Below are positions 18,985 through 30,900 of a stretch of 64,000 bases of DNA, one piece after another. Source of the stretch: Pelagomonas calceolata (lineage: Eukaryota). Positions within the stretch are counted from its first letter, which is position 1; each line of letters opens with the position of its first letter. The notes beneath the pieces were generated by a model. The model saw only the letters and a list, made by a program, of their open reading frames with translations, had not been told where the DNA came from and did no database searches. Location of the stretch: assembly GCA_918797485.1 (NCBI GenBank), contig CAKKNE010000003.1, forward strand, positions 3,782,001-3,846,000. The letters are read 5' to 3'. The position numbers were made by a program, and so were the translations under genes.

Positions 18985-21900
18985 ATGCCGAGCCTCGCCG
19001 TGGTCGCCGGCGCCCTGCTGCTGCGCTTGGGCAGCGCCGCGCCGCCGCGGGCGCCCGCGCGGGGCGGCATCAAACTGAGCAGCTGCCCCAGGGGCTCGAG
19101 CCCCGCCGCGGCGCACGACGACAGCGAAGCGGCGATCGAAACATTTGCTCGAGACTACGAAATCACCACGTCCTACGAAAACGGCAGCACGTGCGCCGCG
19201 CAAGCCGGCGAGAACGGCCTCGACGGCGCTGCCCCCAAGGCCCTGGCGACGAGCGCCGCAGCGAGGAACACGTGGCTCCAGCTCTACAAGAACAACGGCG
19301 CGGACGGCCTCTACGCCGACGCGTTCGACTCCGAGCCTATCAAAGGCGCGGCGACGACCGAGCTCGACTCGAACAAGTACCAGGCGGGCGGGGTGCACGC
19401 GCTCCACGCCATCGAGCAGACCGTCGGCAGCGACGTGCAATACAAGAACTACCGGTCGGACGGCACCATATTGATGTTGGCGGCCCCGACCAAGGGCGGC
19501 GTCGACGTCTTGGACGTCGCGTCCGCCGAGCTGGCGCCTACGCCCGGCACCACGATGCAGTTCAAGGGCGGCGTCGACGAAGAAGAAGCGGCCCAGAGCT
19601 ACCTTGGGCGGACTTCCTGGTGCATCTTCCAGGTACTCGCTTCGGTGGTTCCGCGGCGCAGTAGCTCGGCGAAGGGCGCGGCCTGGCGCTTGTCCGTCGT
19701 CGGCTACATGGTTATTTGGGACGTCGCCCGCGCTGCACCAAGCTCCATACCGACGACCGGCGCGCCGACGTACTGGACGCCCTGGCCGACACGTCGGCCG
19801 TCGTTTGCGCCGACGTCGACGCCGGCGCCAACCTTGACGCCCGCGCCAACGCGAGCGCCGACGACGCCCGCGCCAACGCGAGCGCCGACACCTGTGCCGA
19901 CGTCGACGCCCGCGCCGACACCTGCACCGACGTCGCTGCCCACCGCGACGCCAGCGCCTACGACGGCTGCGCCTACGGCTACACCCATTGTCGCGGACGA
20001 CAGCACTATTAGAACGGCCGTTTTGCTCTGGTTCTCGGACCGCGCCGCCGCCATCCGCACGTACGGCCACATCTCGACGTGGGAGACATCAGGGGTGACG
20101 GACATGTCCTGCCTATTTGGTACCAATACGTGGTGTGGCGGTAACACAGCCGCAGCGTCCTTTAACGAGGACATCGGCGCGTGGGGCACCTCCGGCGTAA
20201 CGAGGATGTACGGGATGTTCTGGGGCGCCTCGTCGTTCAATCAGAATGTTGGCGGCTGGAGCGTCGAGAACGTGTATGAGATGGGCCAGATGTTCACCTC
20301 CGCCTCGGCCTTTAATCAGGACATCGGCGGCTGGAGCGTCGACAACGTCAGGGATATGCACTACATGTTCCACTACGCCTCGGCCTTCGACCAGGACCTC
20401 AACTGGTGCCTAGGCGACGACGTGAACCTCGACGAGGCGTTTTCCGGCACGCCGTGCGTGTCGACGTCGTGCGGCATCGTGCGGGGCCGTTCTGAGGGTG
20501 GCATATGTGTGACGCTTGCGCCGACATTCTTCGATGGCGCATTTAGCGACGAAAGCATCCGCACGGCAGTCCGAGCCTGGATGGAGGACCGCGCCGCCGC
20601 CGAGGCGACGTACGGCCACATTTCTTCGTGGGAGACCTCCGAGGTGACGGACATGTCGAAGTTGTTTTGCGTGTGGCAGGATTGGATGGGAGGCGAATCG
20701 TGGTATGACGATTGCGTCTCGGAGGCGTCCTTCAACGAGGACATCGGCGCGTGGGACACCTCTGGCGTAACGAGGATGTACGGGATGTTCTGGTACGCCT
20801 CGTCGTTCAATCAGAATATTGGCGGCTGGAGCGTAGGAAACGTCAGGGATATGGTCTACATGTTCAACTACGCCTCGTCGTTCAATCAGAATATAGGCGG
20901 CTGGAACGTCGAAAACGTCAGGGATATGCACCAGATGTTCAGCGGCGCCTCGTCATTTAATCAGGACATCGGCGGCTGGCGCGTCGAGCAGGTCCTAGAT
21001 ATAAGCTACATGTTCCACTATGCCTCGGCCTTCGACCAAGACCTCGGCTGGTGCGTGGGCGACGGCGTCTTTGATGGCGACCTGTACGCTACGTTCGTCG
21101 GCACCCCGTGCGCGTCGACGTCGTGCGGCGTGAGGAAAGTTGCGGGTGGCTGCGCACCATCGCCCGCGCCCACCGCCTCGGCGGCGCCGACCCCGAGCAA
21201 CATTATGAGCGACTCCAGAATCGGCACGGCAGTCCGAGCCTGGGCGGAGGACCGCGCCGCCGCCGAGGCGACGTACGGCCACATCTCGACGTGGGAGACT
21301 GGGGGGGTGACGGACATGTCGTTCTTGTTTTGCGTGCGGCAGGACCATATGGAGGGCGAATCGTGGCATGACTATTGCGTCTTTTCAACGTCGTCCTTTA
21401 ACGAGGACATTGGCGCGTGGGACACCTCTGGCGTCACGTCGATGTCCAGGATGTTCAGCGGCGCCTCGGCCTTCGACCAGGACATCAGCGCCTGGAACGT
21501 CGAAAACGTCAGGGATATGTCCTGGATGTTCGGCTCCGCCTCGTTCTTCAATCAGAACATAGCCGGTTGGAGCGTTGCCCGAGTCATCACTATGCACAAG
21601 ATGTTCCAAGGCGCCTCGGCGTTCAACCAGCCGCTGAACGACTGGCGCGTCGACAACGTCAGGGATATGTCCTGGATGTTCACCAGCGCCTCGTCGTTCA
21701 ATCAGAACATAGGCGGCTGGAACGTCGAACAAGTCACCAATATGAACTGGATGTTCACCTCCGCCTCGGCCTTCGACCAGGACATCAGCGCCTGGAGCGT
21801 CGAACAAGTCACCAATATGCACTGGATGTTCGGACACGCCTCGTCCTTTAATCAGGACATCAGCGGCTGGCGCGTCGAAAACGTCAGGGACATGGACCAT

Positions 21901-24900
21901 ATGTTCCACCACGCCTCGGCCTTCGACCAGGACCTCGGCGGCTGGCGCGTCGAGCAGGTCACGGATATGCACTACATGTTCCACTGGGCCTCGTCCTTCA
22001 GCCAGAACCTCAACTGGTGCCTAGGCGACGACGTGAACCTCGACGAGGCGTTCTCCGGCACGCTGTGCGCGCCGACGTCGTGCGGCGTCCAACAGCGTGC
22101 TGCAGGCAGCTGCGCGCCGTCGCCCGCGCCGACGACGACCGTCCCCACGATCAGTGCCGCCCCCACGATGGACGTCTGCCCATCGATCGGCGAATCCGAC
22201 TACGAGGGCCGCACGCTCTACTGCTTCGAAGCCGGGGGCGAGATTCACAACGTCCTGCGCGTCGAAGATGAACAAACAACCTGCCGCCACACGGACGAGA
22301 ACAGCTGCCCAGACGGCTTCGACATCTGGGTGCCGCGGAACTACGAGCACCTCCAAGCTGTTTACAGCCTCGCGAGAGACTGGTGGCCGCACGAGGACTG
22401 GCGCGCCTACGAGATGATGAACCCAGTGGGCGTCTACCGCGAAGAGAACGGCTGCGGTCCGTGCCACGACTCTGCGATGAACAGCGAGGCGATGGCCGGC
22501 TACACTGGTGTCGCGTGGCAGAGTGTAGCGGGCGATCCGTGGTTCCTGTCGACAAACGGCATCGACGACTGGGGAGAGTACGAAGCCGGCTGTTGGCTCG
22601 GGATCCAGCACTACTGGGATCAGGGATTGAAGCTCTACTCCTCCCATTGCAATATGTGCCAATCGTCTTACCTGTGCTCGACGAACCTGGCCAAGGCAGC
22701 TCCCAGTCCAGCGCCGACGACGGCCGTCCCCACGATCAGCGCGGCGCCAACGATGGACGTCTGCTCTTCTGTTGGCGAGTTCGAGTACGAGGGCCGCACG
22801 CTCTACTGCGTCGAGGCCGAGGGCGAGCTCCACAACGTCCTGCGCGTCGAGGGCGGCCGCAATACGTGCCGCCACACGGACGAGAACAGCTGCCCCGCCG
22901 GCTTCGACATCTGGGTGCCGCGCAGCTACGCGCACGCGTTCGCAGTCGTCGAGGCGACGGGCGGGCAAGACCTCCAGCATCACAACTTCCTCGTCGGCAT
23001 TTACCGCGACGAGGACGGCTGCGGCTCGTGCCAGGACTACGCCATGAACAGCGACGCCATGGCCACATACGGCGGCGTCGGCTGGCGGGGCGTTGCAAGA
23101 GGCGATTGGTTCATGCGGTCGTCGGCCTACCACCAGCCAGATGGCGACTACGAAGCAGGCTGCTGGCTTGGCACGAACGGCTGGACGGCCGACGAGGGCT
23201 TCGAATTCTACGACAGCCAGTGTCACCAGTGCTTCTCGACGTACCTGTGCTCGACGAATACCGTCAAAGCCGCGCCCAGCCCCGCGCCGACGCTCACCCC
23301 GGCGCCGTCAATCAGCCTGGCGCCCACGATTGACATCTGCGCGGCGTCCGGCGAGTTCGAGTACGAGGGCCACACGCTCTACTGCGTCGAGGCTGCGGGC
23401 GAGATCCACAGCGTTCTGCCTGTCAACTTTGGTCAAACGACGTGCCGTTACACGGACGAGAACAGCTGCCCCGCCGGCTTCGACATCTGGGTGCCGCGGA
23501 ACTACGAGCACCTCCAAGCTGTTTACAGCCTCGCGAGAGACTGGTGGCCGCACGAGGACTGGCGTGCCTATGAGATGATGAACCCCGTGGGCGTCTACCG
23601 CGAAGAGAACGGCTGCGGGCCGTGCTGGGAGTACGAGATGAACAGCGAGGCGATGGCCGGCTACACTGGTGTCGCGTGGCAGAGTGTAGCGGGCGATCCG
23701 TGGTTCCTGCGGTCGACGAGCGGCTTGGATCACTGGGACGAGTACGAAGCTGGCTGCTGGCTCGGAGTTCATGGCCACTGGGATCAGGGGCTGGCGTTAT
23801 ACACTAACCGCTGCAATAACTGCCAGTCGTCGTACCTGTGCTCGACGAACCTAGGCAAGGCAGCTCCCAGTCCAGCGCCGACGACGGCCGTCCCCACGAT
23901 CAGCGCCGCGCCCACGATGGACGTCTGCTCTTCTGTTGGCGAGTTCGAGTACGAGGGCCGCACGCTCTACTGCGTCGAGGCCGAGGGCGAGCTCCACAAC
24001 GTCCTGCGCGTCGAGGGCGGCCGCAATACGTGCCGCCACACGGACGAGAACAGCTGCCCCGCCGGCTTCGACATCTGGGTGCCGCGCAGCTACGCGCACG
24101 CGTTCGCAGTCGTCGAGGCGACGGGCGGGCAAGACCTCCAGCATCACAACTTCCTCGTCGGCATTTACCGCGACGAGGACGGCTGCGGCTCGTGCCAGGA
24201 CTACGCCATGAACAGCGACGCCATGGCCACATACGGCGGCGTCGGCTGGCGGGGCGTTGCAAGAGGCGATTGGTTCATGCGGTCGTCGGCCTACCACCAG
24301 CCAGATGGCGACTACGAAGCAGGCTGCTGGCTTGGCACGAACGGCTGGACGGCCGACGAGGGCTTCGAATTCTACGACAGCCAGTGTCACCAGTGCTTCT
24401 CGACGTACCTGTGCTCGACGAATACCGTCAAAGCCGCGCCCAGCCCCGCGCCGACGCTCACCCCGGCGCCGTCAATCAGCCTGGCGCCCACGATCGACAT
24501 CTGCGCGGCGTCCGGCGAGTTCGAGTACGAGGGCCGCACGCTCTACTGCGTCGAGGCAGCGGGCGAGATCCACAGTGTTCTGCCTGTGTTTGGTCAAACG
24601 ACGTGCCGATACACGGACGAGAACAGCTGCCCAGACGGCTTCGACATCTGGGTGCCGCGGAACTACGAGCACCTCCAAGCTGTCTACGGGATCGTGCAAA
24701 GCTTTGAGATGATGAGTCCCGTGGGCGTCTACCGCGAAGAGAATGGCTGCGGGCCGTGCCACGACTATGCGATGAACAGCGAGGCGATGGCCGGCTACAC
24801 TGGTGTTGCTTGGCAGAGCGTCGCGGGCGATCCGTGGTTCCTGCGGTCGACAAGCGGCATCGACGACTGGGGAGAGTACGAGGCCGGCTGTTGGCTCGGC

Positions 24901-27900
24901 CTTCAGCACTACTGGGATCAGGGATTGAAGGTCTACTCCTCCCATTGCAATATGTGCCAGTCGTCGTACCTGTGCTCGACGAACGTGGCCAAGGCCGCGC
25001 CGTCGCCCGCGCCCACCGCCTCGGCGGCGCCGACCCCGAGCAACGTTGTGAGCGACGCCAGAATCCGCATGGCAGTCCGAGCCTGGATGGAGGACCGCGC
25101 CGCCGCCGAGGCGACGTACGGCCACATCTCGACGTGGGAGACTGGCGGGGTGACGGACATGTCGCACTTGTTTTGCGTGCGGCAGGATTGGATGGAAGGC
25201 GAATCGTGGGACGATTGCGTTTCGGAGGCGTCCTTCAACGAAGACATCGGCGCGTGGGACACCTCTGGCGTCACCGATATGAACCACATGTTCGAAGGCG
25301 CCTCGTCGTTCAATCAGGCGATCGGCGTGTGGACGGTCGGCGAAGTCAGGCAGATGCAGGGCATGTTTAAGAGTGCGCATATGTTTGACCAAGACCTAAG
25401 CGCCTGGACTGTCGACAGCGTTACAGATATGGCTTGGATGTTCGCCTGGGCCTCGTCGTTCAATCAGAATATAGGCGGCTGGAGCGTTGCACAAGTCACC
25501 AATATGAACAACATGTTCAGCGGCGCCTCGGCCTTTAATCAGGACATCGGCGGCTGGCGCGTCTACAGCGTCAGGGATATGCACTACATGTTCCACCACG
25601 CCTCGGCCTTCGACCAGGACCTCAGTGCGTGGGAAACCTCTGGTGTTACGAACATGCACCAGATGTTCAGCTGGGCCTCGTCGTTCGACCAGGACATCAG
25701 CGCCTGGAACGTCGAGAACGTCAGGGACATGCACTACATGTTCCACTACGCCTCGGCCTTCGACCAGGACCTCGGCTGGTGCGTCGACAACGACGTGAAC
25801 CTCGACGAGGCGTTCTCCGGCACGCCGTGCGTGTCGACGTCGTGCGGCGTCGTGCAGGGCCGTTCTGAGGGTGGCATATGTGTGACGCTTGCACCGACAT
25901 TCTTCGATGGAGCATTTGGCGACGAAAGTATCCGCACGGCAGTCCGAGCCTGGATGGAGGACCGCGCCGCCGCCGAGGCGATGTACGGCCACATCTCGAC
26001 GTGGGAGACTTCCGGGGTGACAGACATGTCGTATTTGCTTTGCGCGAATCAATGGGATATAAACTGCAACTCGGTCGCGGCGTCTTTTAACGAGGACATC
26101 GGCGCGTGGGACACCTCTGGCGTAACGAGGATGTACGGGATGTTCGGGGACGCCTCGTCGTTCAATCAGAATATAGGCGGTTGGAGCGTTGCCAACGTTC
26201 ATGGGATGGGCCGGATGTTCGAAGGCGCCTCGGCCTTCGACCAGGACATAGGCGGCTGGCGCGTCGAGAACGTCAGGGACATGCACCAGATGTTCAACTC
26301 CGCCTCGGCCTTCAGCCAGAACCTCAACTGGTGCGTAGGCGACGACGTGAACCTCGACGAGGCGTTCTCCGGCACGCTGTGCGCGCCGACGTCGTGCGGC
26401 GTCCAACAGCGTGCTGCAGGCAGCTGCGCGCCGTCGCCCGCGCCGACGACGACCGTCCCCACGATCAGTGCCGCCCCCACGATGGACGTCTGCCCATCGA
26501 TCGGCGAATCCGACTACGAGGGCCGCACGCTCTACTGCTTCGAAGCCGGGGGCGAGATCCATAACATTCTGCGCGTCGAAGATGAACAAACAACCTGCCG
26601 CCACACGGACGAGAACAGCTGCCCAGACGGCTTCGACATCTGGGTGCCGCGGAACTACGAGCACCTCCAAGCTGTTTACAGCCTCGCGAGAGACTGGTGG
26701 CCGCACGAGGACTGGCGCGCCTACGAGATGATGAACCCAGTGGGCGTCTACCGCGAAGAGAACGGCTGCGGTCCGTGCCACGACTCTGCGATGAACAGCG
26801 AGGCGATGGCCGGCTACACTGGTGTCGCTTGGCAGAGCGTCGCGGGCGATCCGTGGTTCCTGCGGTCGACGGGCGGCATCGACGACTGGGGAGAGTACGA
26901 AGCCGGCTGTTGGCTCGGGATCCAGCACTACTGGGATCAGGGATTGAAGGTCTACTCCTCCCATTGCAATATGTGCCAGTCGTCGTACCTGTGCTCCACG
27001 AACCTGGCCAAGGCAGCTCCCAGTCCCGCGCCGACGACGGCCGTCCCCACGATCAGCGCTGCGCCAACGATGGACGTCTGCTCTTCTGTTGGCGAATTCG
27101 ACTACGAGGGCCGCACGCTGCACTGCGTCGAGGCCGAGGGCGAGATCCACAACGTCCTGCGCGTCGAGGGCGGCCGCAATACGTGCCGCCACACGGACGA
27201 GAACAGCTGCCCCGCCGGCTTCGACATCTGGGTGCCGCGCAGCTACGCGCACGCGTTCGCAGTCGTCGAGGCAACGGGCTGGCAGGACCTCCAGCATCAC
27301 AACTTCCTCGTCGGCATTTACCGCGACGAGGACGGCTGCGGTTCGTGCCAGGACTACGCGATGAACAGCGACGCCATGGCCACATACGGCGGCGTCGGCT
27401 GGCGGGGCGTTGCAAGAGGCGATTGGTTCATGCGGTCGTCGGCCTACCACCGGCCAGATGGCGACTACGAAGCCGGCTGCTGGCTTGGCACGCACGGCTG
27501 GACGGCCGACGAGGGCTTCGAGTTCGAAGACAGCCAGTGTCACCGGTGCTTCTCGACGTACCTGTGCTCGACGAATACCGCAAAGGCCGCGCCCAGTCCC
27601 GCGCCGACGATCACGCCGCGGCCGACGGTGACCGCTGCGCCGACTGTCGAGATTTGTTCGACAACCGGCGAGTTCGAGCACGAGGGCCACACACTCTACT
27701 GCGTCGAGGCAGCGGGCGAGATCCACAGCGTCCTGCCTGTCAACTTTGGTCAAACGACCTGCCGATACACGGACGAGAACAGCTGCCCAGACGGCTTCGA
27801 CATCTGGGTGCCGCGCAGCTACGAGCACCTCCGGGCGGTCTACGATCTCGCGAGAGAGGAGTGGCGCGCCTTCGAGACGATGAGGCCCGTGGGTATCTAC

Positions 27901-30900
27901 CGCGATGGGGACGGCTGCGGCTCGTGCGGCGACTACGCGATGAACAGCGACGCCATGGCGGACTACGACGGCGTCGGCTGGCGGAGCGTCGCGGGCGATC
28001 CGTGGTTCCTGCGGTCGACAAACGGCTTGGAAAACCATGGCGAGTACGAGGCCGGCTGCTGGCTCGGGTTTCATGGCCACTGGGATCAGGGGCTGGCACT
28101 ATACACTTCCCACTGCAATAACTGCCAGTCGTCGTACCTGTGCTCGACGAACCTAGCCAAGGCAGCTCCCAGTCCCGCGCCGACGACGGCCGTCCCCACG
28201 ATCAGTGTCGCACCCACGATGGATGTGTGCTCTTCTGTTGGCGAGTTCGACTACGAGGGCCGCACGCTGCACTGCGTCGAGGCCGAGGGCGAGATCCACA
28301 ACGTCCTGCGCGTCGAGGGCGGCCGCGATACGTGCCGCCACACGGACGAGAACAGCTGCCCCGCCGGCTTCGACATCTGGGTGCCGCGCAGCTACGCGCA
28401 CGCGTTCGCAGTCCTCGAGGCAACGGGCTGGCAGGACCTCCACCACGAGCACTTTCTCGTCGGCATTTACCGCGACGAGGACGGCTGCGGCTCGTGCCAG
28501 GACTACGCGATGAACAGCGACGCCATGGCCACGTACAGCGGCGTCGGCTGGCAAAGCGTTGCCGGGGATCCGTGGTTCATGCGGTCGTCGACCTACAGCG
28601 AGCCAAACGGCGACTACGAAGCCGGCTGCTGGCTTCGTACGAACGGCTGGACGGCCGGCGAGGGCTTCGAGTTCAACGATGCGACCTGTAATTATTGCTT
28701 CTCGACGTACCTGTGCTCGACGAATACCGCAAAGGCAGCGCCCAGTCCCGCGCCGACGCTCACGCTGGGGCCGACCGCGACCGCGGTGCCGACTGTCGAG
28801 ATGTGTTCTTCTTCCGGCGAGTTCGCGTACGAGGGCCACACGCTCTACTGCGTCGAGGCAGCGGGCGAGATCCACAGCGTTTTGCCCGTCAACTTTGGTC
28901 GCACGACGTGCCGTTACACGGACGAGAACAGCTGCCCAGACGGCTTCGACATCTGGGTGCCGCGGAACTACGAGCACCTCCAAGCTGTCTACGGGATCGT
29001 GCAAAGCTTTGAGATGATGAGTCCCGTGGGCGTCTACCGCGAAGAGAATGGCTGCGGGCCGTGCCACGACTATGCGATGAACAGCAAGGCGATGGCCGGC
29101 TACACTGGTGTTGCTTGGCAGAGCGTCGCGGGCGATCCGTGGTTCCTGCGGTCGACAAGCGGCATCGACGACTGGGGAGAGTACGAGGCCGGCTGTTGGA
29201 TCGGGGTTCATGGCCACTGGGATCAGGGGCTGGCGTTATACACTTCCCACTGCAATATGTGCCAGTCGTCGTACCTGTGCTCGACGAACGTGGCCAAGGC
29301 CGCGCCGTCGCCCGCGCCCACCGCCTCGGCGGCGCCGACCCCGAGCAACATTATGAGCGACGCCAGAATCCGCACGGCAGTCCGAGCCTGGGCGGAGGAC
29401 CGCGCCGCCGCCGAGGCGACGTACGGCCACATCTCGACGTGGGACACATCAGGAGTGACGGACATGTCGTATTTGTTTTGCGTGCGGCAGGATTGGATGG
29501 AAGGCCAATCGTGGTATGACGATTGCGTCTCGGAGGCGTCCTTCAACGAGGACATCGGCGCGTGGGACACCTCTGGCGTAACGAGGATGTACGGGATGTT
29601 CTGGGGCGCCTCATCGTTCAATCAGAATATTGGCGGCTGGAGCGTCGAGAACGTTGATGAGATGGGCCACATGTTCACCTCCGCCTCGGCCTTCGACCAG
29701 GACATCAGTGGTTGGGCGGTCCAAAGCGTCACGACGATGTACAGGATGTTCGCCGGCGCCTCGTCGTTCAATCAGAATATAGGCGGCTGGAGCGTTGCAC
29801 AAGTCACCAATATGAACAACATGTTCAGCGGCGCCTCGGCCTTTAATCAGGACATCGGCGGCTGGAGCGTCGAGAACGTCAGGGACATGCACTACATGTT
29901 CCACTACGCCTCGGCCTTCGACCAGGACCTCGGCTGGTGCGTCGACAACGACGTGAACCTCGACGAGGCGTTCTCCGGCACGCCGTGCGTGTCGACGTCG
30001 TGCGGAATCGTGCGGGGCCGTTCTGAGGGTGGCATATGTGTGACACTTGCGCCGACATTCTTCGATGGCGCATTTGGTGACGAAAGTATCCGCACGGCAG
30101 TCCGAGCCTGGATGGAGGACCGCGCCGCCCCCGAGGCGACGTACGGCCACATCTCGACGTGGGAGACATCGGGGGTGACGGACATGTCGCATTTGTTTTG
30201 CGTGCGGCAGGATTGGATGGAAGGCGAACCGTGGTATGACGATTGCGTCTTATCGACGTCGTCCTTCAACGAGGACATCGGCGCGTGGGACACCTCCGGC
30301 GTAACGAGGATGTACGGGATGTTCTGGGGCGCCTCGTCGTTCAATCAGAATATTGGCGGCTGGAGCGTCGAGAACGTTGATGAGATGGGCCACATGTTCA
30401 CCTCCGCCTCGGCCTTCGACCAGGACATCAGTGGTTGGGCGGTCCAAAGCGTCACGACGATGTACAGGATGTTCGCCGGCGCCTCGTCGTTCAATCAGAA
30501 CATAGGCGGCTGGAACGTCGAACAAGTCACCAATATGCACTGGATGTTCGGACACGCCTCGTCCTTTAATCAGAACATTGGCGGCTGGAGCGTCGAGAAG
30601 GTCACGGATATGCACTACATGTTCCACCACGCCTCGGCCTTCGACCAGGACCTCGGCTGGTGTGTCGACAACGATGTATACCTCGACGAGGCGTTCTCCG
30701 GCAGCGGGTGCTGCTCAATGTCCTGCGGCGTCGCTCAAAAGGACGAAACCGGCGACTGCCAAATCATAGATTCGTGGGGCTGCTACTACTACTACGACGA
30801 CGACGACGACGACGACGATGGGGCCACGGAACTCGTCATGTCAACGGGACTCGCGGCGATTGGCATCACGTTCACGGGCCTCACCATCGCGGCGATCGCG

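Noticed and set aside
25396..28080. 894-aa antisense ORF and similar long shadow ORFs (8871-10310, 59636-60706)
   Set aside because: Antisense or frameshifted shadows of GC3-biased genes in high-GC DNA; no recognisable motifs
19990..30730. Regular 75-nt repeats resembling a CRISPR array or DGR template/variable pair
   Set aside because: Repeats are in-frame coding units without unique spacers; no cas or reverse transcriptase gene; eukaryotic context
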